From Batkoa obscura (Eukaryota): DNA of 64,000 bases. The translations under genes were made by a program, and so were the position numbers. Shown piece after piece: positions 14,101-25,603 of the stretch. The first letter of the stretch is position 1. The number at the start of each line of letters is the position of its first letter. Below the pieces are notes generated by a model. The model saw nothing but the letters and a program-made list of their open reading frames with translations, had not been told where the DNA came from and searched no databases. The stretch covers positions 744,001 to 808,000 of the forward strand of contig JASVEC010000019.1 of the NCBI GenBank assembly GCA_030770535.1, written 5' to 3'.

Positions 14101-15671
14101 TTAAGAATAAATCTTAGCTAAGTTTTTTGCAATAGTAGTTAATTGAATATTAGATGTACCTTCATAAATTGAGCCTATTTTAGCATCACGATAAAATTTC
14201 TCAATTGGATACTCTCTAGTAAATCCAACACCACCCATCCAATCCACACATTGAGATGATACTTTTTGGGCAATTTGAGAAGAATATAATTTAGCCATAG
14301 CAGCTTGATGAACGAAGGGTTGTCCTTCATCTCTTAATCTTGCTGCATTATAAGTTAATAATCTTGCAGCTTCAATTTCAGTAGCTGCTTGAGCATATTG
14401 ATGTTGCATACCCTAAAACAATTGTAAGTATATTATTATTAAAATAATGTTGAATCATAAGTTACTTACTTGGAAATTACCAATTTTTTCACCAAATTGT
14501 TTACGTTCAAATAGATATGGTAATGTTGCATCAAATACCCCTTGAGCTAATCCAAGCATTTGAGCAGCAATCCCAATACGTCCTTCATTTAATATTTCAA
14601 TTGCATATTTATACCCTTTACCATATTCCCCTAAAATATTAGATGCTGGTACTTTAACACCATCAAAGGTTAATCCACAAGTTGAAGATGCACGAATACC
14701 AAGCTATAAAATAGAAAAATTAACTAAGTCTATATTAAAATTAGTAACAATGATTCCACTTACCTTGGATTCTTTTTTAGCAATTTGGACTCCCATATCT
14801 TTTTCAACAACAAAACAAGTAATCCCTTTATATCCTTTTTCAGGTTCTGCATTAGCGAATACTAAGAAAATCTCTGCTTCTTTACTATTGGTAATCCAAA
14901 GTTTATTTCCAGTAATTATGTAATTATCTCCCTCTTTAACTGCTTTAGTACTTAAGGCAAATGCATCGGATCCAGAACCAGCTTCAGAGAGACAAAAACA
15001 ACCTACAGTATTTGTAGCTAATTTTGGTAAATATTTTTCATTAAGTTGTTTGTTTCCGTATTTTCGAAATAAGGTATCTACAAGTGTGTTTTGTACATCA
15101 CATACTACACTCACACTTGGATCCACTTTGGCCAACTCTTCAATAGTTAAGATTGCGGACATAAAAGAACTACCACTGCCTCCATATTCACTTTCGACTT
15201 CAATACCCATTAACTAGTAGAATTGTTAATTTGATACTTATTTTAATAGTAGAATTTTAATTACCCCATTATCAAATAAAGCTTTTAATATACTTGGATC
15301 TAAAGTTTCAGTTTCATCCATTTGAGCTACTTTTGGCTTCACAACCTCATTAGCAAATTTGGAAACTATAAAGTATTAAAAAGAAAAAGTTAAACTCAAT
15401 TAATTATAAAATTTAATATAAAATTACCTGACTCTTTAAGCATCATTTCTTCTTCTGTTAAAGTATATAAAGAATTTAGCTCAGCTTCACATGCTTTAAT
15501 AGAAGTGGAGAAGTTATTTCTAAAAATTGAATCAATGTAAGTATATTTTTATATTTTTTATCTCATGTTTAATATACTCTGTTAAAACACAAAGATTGCT
15601 TACTTTCTAACTATATTAGATAATCCTTTAGAGGCATTAATAATTCTAGTAAAATAACTAGATCTTAACAT
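14101..15671 (-). CDS. ACADSB: Mitochondrial short/branched-chain acyl-CoA dehydrogenase, multi-exon
   Basis: Motifs [68 protein letters not shown]; basic presequence [15 protein letters not shown]. Confidence 0.92.
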
Positions 15672-16388
15672 TTTGATAATAATAATAAAAAAGTAATAAG
15701 AATCTTTTTGATTTCATCTGTTGACGTTTTTAAATTTTGATTTACGATCTTTCTCAATTATTAATTTGATTTCTTATTGGTTCTTATCGATTATTTTTCA
15801 TTCGCCATCTCATTTTTTTCGCTGGTAATCACCAGTTGGATTTAAATAAAAACATGTGAAGCTTCAACTACTAAGTTGAATAAAATTCGAGTTAAAGCTT
15901 CAGTATAGTCAATTCTTTTGGAAATGATAAAGAATTAAAAAAATCTTTTATTAAATCAGTATTAGAGATTCTAAGCACTTTTTTATAGTCTACAGTAAAT
16001 AATTGTATATTGTAATTAACTATGAAAATTTTCATTTTCATTTTTATTTAAAGTAGCTTATATATTATGTAAAAAATTAAAAAAACTATATAGAATTAGT
16101 TTTTTATTTTAATGTTTTACTAGTAATTTTAGAAATTTTATATTGCACAATAAATAAATAAAATAAAATAAAAAATAATTTTGTATTTTTAAAATTAGTG
16201 ATAGTTTGCATATATATATATTGTAAAAGTTATAGTAAAATAACAATGATTTTAAATTATTTTTATTTAATTTATGATAAATTAATATAACTAGTTATAT
16301 TTTAATAATCAGGGTCTAAGTTATTCACTTTTAAAATACTAAACTTTTAACAAACAGGATCTTGGTATTTTCAAACACAGTAACATAT

Positions 16389-16484
16389 GAGGACATATTT
16401 TTTATTTAAGAACTTTACTAATAATCTTTCCATTCAAATAGCACTTAAAAAAGAAAAAGCGATGAAATCAAAAGGAACATTCTC
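16389..16484 (+). mobile_element. MITE copy (Sola-like family), TSD ATAT
   Basis: Matches the ~99-bp family; GAG...CTC ends flanked by ATAT on both sides. Confidence 0.85.
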
Positions 16485-17763
16485 ATATTAATCTATATCT
16501 GAATGACTTTCTATAAAATAAAGCTTCAATTTATAAAATTTTACTTGCTAAGGTCTAATACTAATACCTTTTGTTTAAAATAATCCATGAGTTTTGCTCT
16601 AAATTTTAAAAAGCAATGATAAAAAGTAGTTAAAAGATTAAATATAGACTTATTTTAAAAGGAGTGGGCGGCTTAAAAGTCTGTAGATAACATAAAAGAT
16701 TATAAAAATAAATAAAAAAGTGAAGATGTTTGAAAGTCAATTATAGATAGTAAACTATTAATATTTAGACTAAAACAAAGCCACCCATATAAAAAGTCGG
16801 GAGTAAATTTTGCATACCTATTATTAATTTTTTGCAAAAAACGATGTATTTTTTAGCTATGTACATATTAATATAGACTATGTATCAATATTATAAAAAA
16901 GTATAGTTTCAAACTTTCAACTTCAGTTTTAACTCAGCTTTGATTTTCAAAATACCTCATTATTTAGAGACAATTGTCTAATTTTAAAAATAGAATAGTA
17001 AAACATTTCTACTACGAAAAGAATAAGTATTTTAATAAGTCATAAATGAAGGAAATACAAAATAACTCAAATTAAGGTTCATAAATCACTAGCATTTACA
17101 ATGAGCTATTTTTATTATAAAAATAATGTATAAATAAAGTATTATAAATAAAGTATAAAAGAGAGTTATTCTTGTGTTTATATTTAGCAAGTAACTAATA
17201 ACAAAGCTAGATTAATATGATCTTCAATAAACCTTAATTTATATTATTTTTGCTAACTTTTGTTAATTTTTGTTAATTTAAATTAAGTCAATTTTGACAT
17301 TATAATTGCAATGCCATTTTATAGGCCAAAACTACTATTTTGGTAAATTTGAAATTAAATTCAAGCTTAAATTGATTGTAAGTTTGGATTGTTAAAGTAA
17401 TCCACAAAACTAACAAAGGTTGCTTCAAAAGTTTCTTTACTTTTTTAACAAGATCAATACAGAATCTTGTTACAATAATTGATTCTTTCTTAAGTAAAAA
17501 AGCTACGGTGCTATAATCACATGTCTATATCATTTTGGGCTTGCTCAAGGAAGTTAAAAAAATTTCACAATGGCCAGGATAAGAAAAAGCTTATAGAAAT
17601 CTAAATATCAAATTATCCTAAGATAGGTTAAAGAAGAAGTTTTTAAAGTAGAGTAAAAATAGGGTAGGATCAAGGGCATAGGGTAATTTGAGTGTCAGCT
17701 TAAGGTATATAAAAACATCCAAGAGTAAATCAGAAGCTATAATATTAACAAATATAAGTAGAA

Positions 17764-19005
17764 ATGAAATTCATATCGTTACTTACATCTATATTTTTTG
17801 TTTCAGGCCATCTTTCTCAAGATTGTTATAATCCCTATCAACGTAAAGAAATTAGAGACCTCACTCAAGATGAGCTCACTCGCTTTGTAAATGCTGCTAA
17901 AAAAATTCAATCTACCAATTCTGGAAATGGGAACCTCACTATTTATGATAATTACTCCAAAACACATTATGACGCAAGCGGTAATGCACACGGTACCCCT
18001 AAATTTTTACCATGGCATAGGTATTATATTCGACTCTATGAAAAAGAGTTACAAAAGATTGATTCAAGTGTTCATTTGCCTTATTGGGATTGGTCGAAAG
18101 ATTATGATTATCCAGCTAATTCTATTGTATTATCTGATTCTTATATGGGCGGGAATGGCGATAGCTTTAACAACTATTGTCTCAATAGTGGTAAATTTTC
18201 TGGATTATATATTAACTATCCAAAGTTACATTGTTTACAACGAAATTATAACCAAGGCAGTAGTATTTCTTCCTTTACTGATCCTAACGTGTTAAATAGT
18301 TATTTAAATTATGGTCAATTCTCAGACTTCTGTATTAATTTAGAAGGGAAGCATGGTGATCCTCATGTAAATATTGGCGGTGGCTATGACTTCAGACAAA
18401 TGTATTCTCCTAACGATCCTCTATTTATGTTACACCATACTTTTATTGATATGTTATGGTATGAATGGCAACAAAGACATCCTGACTCAAATCAATTTGA
18501 GGGCGATGCATATGGCCAAACTGCCTCTCCTTCCGATTCTTTAGTTACCTGGCAAATTACCGTACAATCTACCTTCAATACTAAAGACCCTTTTTTTTGC
18601 TATACTTATCCAAGATACCAGCCTTCTTTAAATGTTAATACAAATAGTCCAGATACTACACAAAATCTTTCTAGAAGGGCTAATGAGAAGGGAAATGGAA
18701 ATGGAAATGGAAATGCATATGGGCTTGGAAATGGGAATGGACATGGAGTAGGACTTCAAAGATTATTGGAAAATGTTAAAAAATCAAACCCAGATCAAGC
18801 AATTGACCTTTTAAGTAGCAATTTACCAAGTTTAGGGCTTACGCTTGGCAGCTCAGGAGCACCTGGTAGAATTAAGAAGAGACTTCCATTACCCGATGAT
18901 TGGATTAAAATGAATAATTTGAATATTGACAAAGTTCGTAAAAATGAAGCTAGAGATAATAAGTTTATCGACCTTTTAAATGCCATTTCTGATACCTCAT
19001 TGTGA
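17764..19005 (+). CDS. Secreted tyrosinase (type-3 di-copper protein)
   Basis: Signal peptide, RKEIRDL, CuA H...AHGTPKFLPWHR, CuB HGDPH...SPNDPLFMLHHTFID; TATA-like TATATAAAA at ~17706. Confidence 0.93.
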   Translation: MKFISLLTSIFFVSGHLSQDCYNPYQRKEIRDLTQDELTRFVNAAKKIQSTNSGNGNLTIYDNYSKTHYDASGNAHGTPKFLPWHRYYIRLYEKELQKIDSSVHLPYWDWSKDYDYPANSIVLSDSYMGGNGDSFNNYCLNSGKFSGLYINYPKLHCLQRNYNQGSSISSFTDPNVLNSYLNYGQFSDFCINLEGKHGDPHVNIGGGYDFRQMYSPNDPLFMLHHTFIDMLWYEWQQRHPDSNQFEGDAYGQTASPSDSLVTWQITVQSTFNTKDPFFCYTYPRYQPSLNVNTNSPDTTQNLSRRANEKGNGNGNGNAYGLGNGNGHGVGLQRLLENVKKSNPDQAIDLLSSNLPSLGLTLGSSGAPGRIKKRLPLPDDWIKMNNLNIDKVRKNEARDNKFIDLLNAISDTSL

Positions 19006-19166
19006 ACACCCTAATTTTAATAAATATTTATTTTTATAGAATGCATAGCTTATTTTTTAACGCTTTTCTTTAATTTTTCATTGAAGTTTAGTACTTTTTA
19101 ATTTTAATTTTTATTACATTTTTGTTATTCTCTTTTAAGTTATAAATATCATTGTTGAGTGATTAT

Positions 19167-19630
19167 TGTGAAATATCGCTTTGTCAGTCCCATGGTTAAT
19201 TATAGCATAACAATCGCCTAAGCTGTTGTGTTCTCGAGTTCAGAGGAAATCAATCCCATGTTCTTATTTTGATTTGTTATGAGAATTTCTAGTTCCACCC
19301 AAAAGAATATTATCTTCTCATTTTGATACTTATACTTTTCAGAGTATAAAAGAGTTTACAGAGTATAATAGTTCGAGGCTTTTTAGCTGAATTAATCCCT
19401 GATATCTCGAACATTTAATAAAGCCACTAAGTTTTCTTAATAGTATTTTACATAGATTTTACATTAGTATTGTCTATTCTATTTGTCTTATATAGCTTGT
19501 AACCTATTACGTGCTATTCCTCATAACCCAAGTCTATCTTAGTCACATAAACTAAGACCTTTCGACTTATAGTGTAGTTAACCCAGCAATAGCTGTTCTT
19601 GATTCCAAACCCTGAGTACCAGATTTCACA
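19167..19630 (+). mobile_element. Solo LTR (464-bp long variant) of the Gypsy family at 25075
   Basis: TGTGAAAT...ATTTCACA ends; near-identical to the full element's LTR plus a 64-bp segment; flanked by ATTAT/ATTAT. Confidence 0.95.
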
Positions 19631-19655
19631 ATTATATTGGTGAAACTTATACTAT

Positions 19656-19746
19656 GGTGATATTTTCTTAGGTTTTATCACTTCTTTCATTTTTTAAACG
19701 CAATCAATTTTTTTTGGAAATTTTTTGAACAAAAAAGGACATCCCT
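19656..19746 (-). mobile_element. Degenerate MITE copy
   Basis: Diverged match (ggtgatattttcttaggttttatcacttctttcat...acatccct); TSD eroded. Confidence 0.6.
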
Positions 19747-19815
19747 ATACTACCCAGATACTCTCTTTTTTAAGTTTATAAATCCATCAGCGCTCTTTTC
19801 AGCAAAATAATATAT

Positions 19816-19913
19816 GGGGATATTTTTTTAGTTTTATTACTTTTTCCATCTTTTAAGCCCTATTTGAGTGGAAAATTTGTTAGTAAAATTCTTAAACACA
19901 AAAATATATCCCC
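19816..19913 (-). mobile_element. MITE copy, TSD ATAT
   Basis: GGGGAT...ATCCCC, 98 bp, ATAT on both sides. Confidence 0.92.
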
Positions 19914-21386
19914 ATATCTCAAAAAAGAACAAACCTTAAATAAAATTTACTAAAAAAAATTAAATCAATACCTGTGTAGCAATATTTTTTATTAATTGTG
20001 GAAGTCTACTCAAGATTTTAGATCAGCGTCTAAAATTGTATGCTACAAGTTAGTGTAAAAGATATTAAGTTATAAAAGTTATATTAAGTAAGCAATTGGA
20101 AAATAATTTTATTATGATAAAGCAAGCATTCTGAATATAGTGTGAAGCGGAAGGGAGCGAAGAGGGTAAGAGCTAATTATTAATCCTTAAGGACTGGGTA
20201 AGGGAGTAAGATAATTGAGTGAGAGTATTCTATCTGTATAGATATTATTAGTTAAATTTTATGCACCAACTGAAATCTGTAGACAAAATTAGTTGCTTAA
20301 TTTGAGTTAAAAAATCAATCGGCGTTAATCTAGAACACTGGCCAGTAATTCAAGCCAACCTAAAAACTCTTACCTATTCTTGAATAACCTTGTGAGGTTA
20401 ACCATCACCAAATTTTTAAAATAAACAAAATTTAAGCTTTTTATTGTAAAATTTATGCTCTAACTTATACACCTTAAACGCTACATTTATAGTAATAATT
20501 AAATAAAAGCTTATGTTTTAGTTTTAATATTATTATATATACCTTTCTTCACAAATGTGCTTTTTTGTCTTTCATTTTTTCCAATAGTTAATATTTTAGA
20601 TTTTAAATTTAAATTTTCTTTTTCCGAAATTTATTGGTTTAATCCTTGAATCCAGATAAAAAGTAAAGGAATGATAGGAGTAGTAGAAGATACTGAAGCA
20701 AAATTACTAGTCAATGGGGATAATCCTAATATAGTAACTCATACTCTAGTTGTGTTATTTCATATTTTGAAATCAACTTTTTTTAAAAGAACCTTGAAGC
20801 TTAATATCTTAAATGTTTTAAGCATGCTCAATCTCCTTTTACAAAAAAATGATTCTGAAGGTTCAGCTCTCCTTAGTAAAAAGCGTCTGACCCCTTAAAA
20901 TATTTAGTGAAAGCATGAAGTAAATACATATTTTGGTCACAAGTTTAATCCTTAGAAAACCAAATCCAGATTTGCGGTATAAAGTAAACCCAATGGTTTA
21001 TTCTACAAAATTTTCTTTCAAAGTTTCACAGTATAATAAATAGATACATCAAACAGATTCACAATAAGCAAACCACCTTGATTTACAAAAGTTGATTCTA
21101 TTTAAAGTATACAAATTAACTTTATATTCTGTAGCATATATACTTAATTTTTCATTAGTTTTCCTTAGAACTTTATGTAAGTTATAGATAATTTTTTTCT
21201 ATTAAGTAGAAATGATTTCAAGGATAATTAAATCAAAAATGGTCACTATTTATATTAAATTTGGTTTATACTGTAACTTTCAAAGTGCTTTTAAAGTAAT
21301 TTTAATATTAGTTTATATAGGTATATAAACATTTAACATTTATTAGATTTACTACTTTTTTATAAAGTTTATCAACTATTCACAAT

Positions 21387-21590
21387 ATGGCCCTTGAGTT
21401 AATTGTTGCTACTACATTATCCATTTCAGCACTTAATGCTCACTCAACTGCTCACTCAACTGCTCAAAATAATACAATTCATCCACTAAGAATTGAAGTT
21501 CCCAGATCCAATATAAGGAAACGCTGGTTTACGATGGATCGTAGTGTACTACTCCTTATAAAAAAATTGTTCATGTTTTTTACTTTTTGA
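21387..21590 (+). CDS. Putative small secreted peptide (67 aa); paralogous decayed copy at ~33146
   Basis: Hydrophobic N-terminus MALELIVATTLSISALNA; homologous segment at 33146-33358 with several synonymous differences. Confidence 0.45.
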   Translation: MALELIVATTLSISALNAHSTAHSTAQNNTIHPLRIEVPRSNIRKRWFTMDRSVLLLIKKLFMFFTF

Positions 21591-21737
21591 TAAATAACTG
21601 CTTTGTATTTTCTATTTAATAGTATATCCGCTACTTAATACAATATACATATTTATCAACCTAAATAAATGAAATTCATTTTTATTAATTACTGTATTTA
21701 TTTTGTCTTGAATTCTTTTCTTAAAAAACAAGCATTT

Positions 21738-21835
21738 GGGGATGTATTTTTATGTTTAAGGATTTTACTAACAAATTTTCCACTTAAATAGCGCTTGGAA
21801 ATGGAAAAAACAATGAAGTCAAAAAAAATACTCCC
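21738..21835 (+). mobile_element. MITE copy, TSD ATTT
   Basis: 98 bp, ATTT on both sides. Confidence 0.92.
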
Positions 21836-21862
21836 ATTTGTTACATCAAAGGATAACTATAT

Positions 21863-21961
21863 GGGGATGTTTTTTTTGGTTTCATTACTTTTTCCACCTT
21901 TTAAGCGCCATTTGAGCAGAAAAATTATTAGTGAAATCCTTAAACACAAAAATACATCCCC
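21863..21961 (-). mobile_element. MITE copy, TSD ATAT
   Basis: GGGGATGT...ACATCCCC, 99 bp. Confidence 0.93.
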
Positions 21962-23137
21962 ATATTTTAAAATATTGAACTTTTATAATTTGCTTGTACA
22001 GGTTAATATTGAAAATATTAGAAATTAAAATATGTTTTAAATGGCTGGCAGCTTATTTGTCTTCACATTTACCCTGTATTATTATAACCTATATTAATAA
22101 CTCAAATTTATAAATACGGAAGTAAAACCATTATATCACTTATTAATTACACAAAATATACTCTAGTGAATTATAAGTTAATGAAGAGCCTTAAATTTAG
22201 ATTTAAATCCAATTTTTAATATTATTTGAACTAAAAATAGCAAGAAGCTAAAACGCTGTAATAGCATATCGGCTTTGTGAGACAATAGATCTGTACCACA
22301 AACCGAGTTTTTATATCAGTATTTCTTTTGAATTAACAATGTTTTTTTGAAGCCATCATATATAAAGTCTACTATAGTGAAAAAATTTAAAGAATTATAA
22401 AACATAGAAAAGCGCGTTTTTAATTTGAGGACATATATATCACCTAAAGAAGCTACCAAAAGTATAATTTTGAATAATAGCAATAATAAACGCATATGAT
22501 ATAGTTATTATTATGTTCCCATATTAGATTTATAAGTTGAGGTTACTATTTTCTGGATCTAACTAATAACTAATTTTTAGATAATATACAATATGTATAT
22601 TAGTCCGTTAGAAAAAAATCCATAGGTTATTGACTATTCAATTTTTTCAATTTTTGCCTAGCTATTATCTACTCAGTGGTACTTTTCATTTATATGTAAC
22701 TAAACCTTATAAAAAATATGATAAAACTGTTAGAATAGATGAAAACTAAGGTTATTTTGTATTTGATTTTATCTAGTTTTATTTATTAGGTTGGAATATC
22801 ATATTTTTCTTTTTGGCTGAAGCTGCAAAGCAAATCAAAACTCTACTTATACATTTCAAATTGTTGATGAAACGATACTTAATACAAGGTAAACATATTC
22901 TGGTGTATTCTATATACAACCTATAAATTGTCTTGAGACAAAGGCTAATGTACTTTTAACCTTTATAAATTCTATCGAAGTTAATTCTTAAAAGTCATTA
23001 TCTTTACTTTTTCAGATAAAACTATATCTGCTATTAAATATAGGAGAATGTTGATATTAGTCAACAAAACTGAACAACTTTAGAAAAAAGGATTTGATGT
23101 TGGTCTTCTATTTAATTCCCTTCTTTTTGTAATATAT

Positions 23138-23236
23138 GAAGATGTATTTTTGTGTTTAATAATTTTACTAACAATCTTCCCACACAAATAGTGCTTGAAA
23201 GATAGAAAAAGTAATGAAGCCAAAAAGAACACTCCC
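23138..23236 (+). mobile_element. MITE copy, TSD ATAT/ACAT
   Basis: 99-bp family match with a mutated left TIR. Confidence 0.88.
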
Positions 23237-23912
23237 ACATAATTTATTTTATTTTAGAGGATATCAACTTGATATTTTTAGGATGTGATTGGGGACTTAG
23301 CATATAGTAAATCATTTAATATGTTAAAAAATAGGTATCATCACACTACTGGATAGATTAAAATTTCTTTTTTATAGTCATTTTAGGATTATTTTTTATA
23401 TTTTAATTTAGTTGAAGCTTAATAAACTTCATATTGGATCCTTCCCATTTTTGGAATATTTAAAGTTTGAAAGTGTAACATAATTCTGTAAAGTAATATA
23501 CACTATTGATCTATTAATAAAGTTATTCAAGTTATTTTAGTTCTCATACAAAGCTGTTAAAAACGCAAAAGGTTGCTTGCATAGGGTTACAATCTTAAGT
23601 GCTTTAACAAATGCTCATAACCCAGATACCGGGAAAACACTCAGTAAGAGAGAAATTGTAGAAGGGTTTATTATTTGGTTCTAATACATAAGTAATCCAT
23701 TGGGTAAACACTAAATACTTTTTGGTATTGTTGATTCAGGCACAACCTCCAACCCATTAACTTGATACTTTAATTATAAACTTAATACATTTTTAACTTA
23801 ATAACAAATTAATACTTTATGTCTTTTACCAAAGCGCCTCAGGGTTTATAATAGACTTAAAGATGGTGTGATACTTGATTTTCTAAAAACGAAGAGATAG
23901 CTTTTAATAAAT

Positions 23913-24007
23913 AGGGATCTATTTTTTATTTAAGGATTTTACTAACAATTTTTCCATTCAAGCAGCGCTTAAAAAGCAGAAAAAATAATGAAATCAAAAA
24001 CATTCCT
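23913..24007 (+). mobile_element. MITE copy, TSD AAAT
   Basis: 95-bp family match, AAAT on both sides. Confidence 0.85.
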
Positions 24008-24059
24008 AAATGTAGAAAAAATGTCTACCTTCAGTAATAATTTCTGAAAGTTTACATAT

Positions 24060-24158
24060 GGGGATGTATTTTTATGTTTAAGAATTTTGGTAACAAATTT
24101 TCCGCTCAAATAGTGCTTAAGGAATAGAAAAAATGATGAAGCCAAAAAAAACATCCTC
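24060..24158 (+). mobile_element. MITE copy, TSD ATAT
   Basis: 99-bp family match. Confidence 0.93.
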
Positions 24159-25074
24159 ATATCTTTCCAGTTTTACAGATAATATAATAAAAAATGCTTC
24201 AAAGGGTGGAAAAATAGCTGATGGCTATTTTTCTTCCTGAGAATATAGCCTATCTAACTTTGACTTTATCACATTAAATTATTTTAATATAGACTGCAAT
24301 CTCACTAAGTACAAACGTACTTTATAACTCTACTAATAATGGGATGGCCCAGGTTTATTTGTCTGTGAGCAATGGATTGGTGAGATTGGAAATTTTAAAT
24401 CCAATGGTGGTTTTTTACTCTTCTCTATGGACCTGAGAGCATAGGTAAAAAGTAGTGTAAAAAAATATTATTGTGTTATTTATGTTTAATTCGTTTACTA
24501 GTTTGACCTGGATGGAACTTTATTCAACAACTGCTTCATTAGTTAAAATTTTTAGCTTTAAATTAAAGAGTGAGGATAACATTGGATCGAAATCGTATAT
24601 TTCTAGTTCACCTGAGAAGCTCACAAACATCTTTGCCTTCAAATATAGTGAATAAAATCTCATCTTGTTTAATTTCAAATTTACTTACTTTGATATTAAT
24701 TAAAAATCCAGATTAATAACTAATATTTGTCTCAAAGCTTTTATTACTCCAGGGTTAGTGAGAGCTTTATGTCAGTTTTTGAATCACCAAAGCATACTAA
24801 GGTAGATATAAAAGCACGGAAATTTATGTTAGACTCCTATTTTGTATAAACCACACTTTTTTACGTTGGTTCTGTTGGAAGTCTTATAAAAAATGAAATT
24901 TACTAGGATTTAAACTAAAACACATAATCAAAGAAGTTTCTAAGCAGAATAATATCTGTTGTTGTTTATTTATTAAAGGATTTTTTATACAAAAAGTAGG
25001 TTTAATCCTATATGTTTATTAATGGTAAGTTAGAATCATATATAGAAATAAAAGACTTATAACAAATTAGGCTA

Positions 25075-25474
25075 TGTGAAATATCGCTTTGTCAGTCCCA
25101 TGGTTAATTATTTTGATTTGTTATGAGAATTTCTAGTTCCACCCAAAAGAATATTATCTTCTCATTTTGATACTTATACTTTTCAGAGTATAAAAGAGTT
25201 TACAGAATATAATAGTTCGAGGCTTTTTAACTGAATTAATCCCTGATATCTCGAACATTTAATAAAGCCACTAAGTTTTCTTAATAGTATTTTACATAGA
25301 TTTTACATTAGTATTGTCTATTCTATTTGTCTTATATAGCTTGTAACCTATTACGTGCTATTCCTCATAACCCAAGTCTATCTTAGTCACATAAACTAAG
25401 ACCTTTTGACTTATAGTGTAGTCAACCCAGCAATAGCTGTTCTTGACTCCAAACCCTGAGTACCAGATTTCACA
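25075..25474 (+). repeat. 5' LTR
   Basis: Direct repeat of 32228-32627 with an 8-bp terminal inverted repeat TGTGAAAT/ATTTCACA. Confidence 0.97.
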
Positions 25475-25476
25475 TT

Positions 25477-25494
25477 TGGCGCTCATAACTGGGA
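25477..25494 (+). promoter_or_regulatory. Primer-binding site TGGCGCTCATAACTGGGA (tRNA with G discriminator; identity not assigned)
   Basis: TGG-initiated 18-mer 2 nt after the 5' LTR. Confidence 0.8.
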
Positions 25495-25603
25495 AAGCTC
25501 TTATAACTATTTTAGATAGCCTTTATAATCTTTCCTTTACGGTCCTTACCGCGTAACCACCCCAAACAAAGAAAAACCCCCTTAACCTCCTTAATTCTCA
25601 ACT

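Noticed and set aside
21390..21560. Minus-strand reading with TGA=Trp (mitochondrial insertion)
   Set aside because: Synonymous differences between the two copies fit the plus-strand frame, and no mitochondrial gene is recognisable.
21795..22028. Short ORFs at 21795-22028 and 23969-24160 sharing ILKHKNTSPY
   Set aside because: They are translations through MITE copies.
19816..24158. Recurring ~99-bp repeats as a CRISPR-like array or ncRNA/SINE family
   Set aside because: Dispersed, in both orientations, irregularly spaced, each with TIRs and its own TSD; no poly(A) tail or Pol III boxes. These are MITEs.
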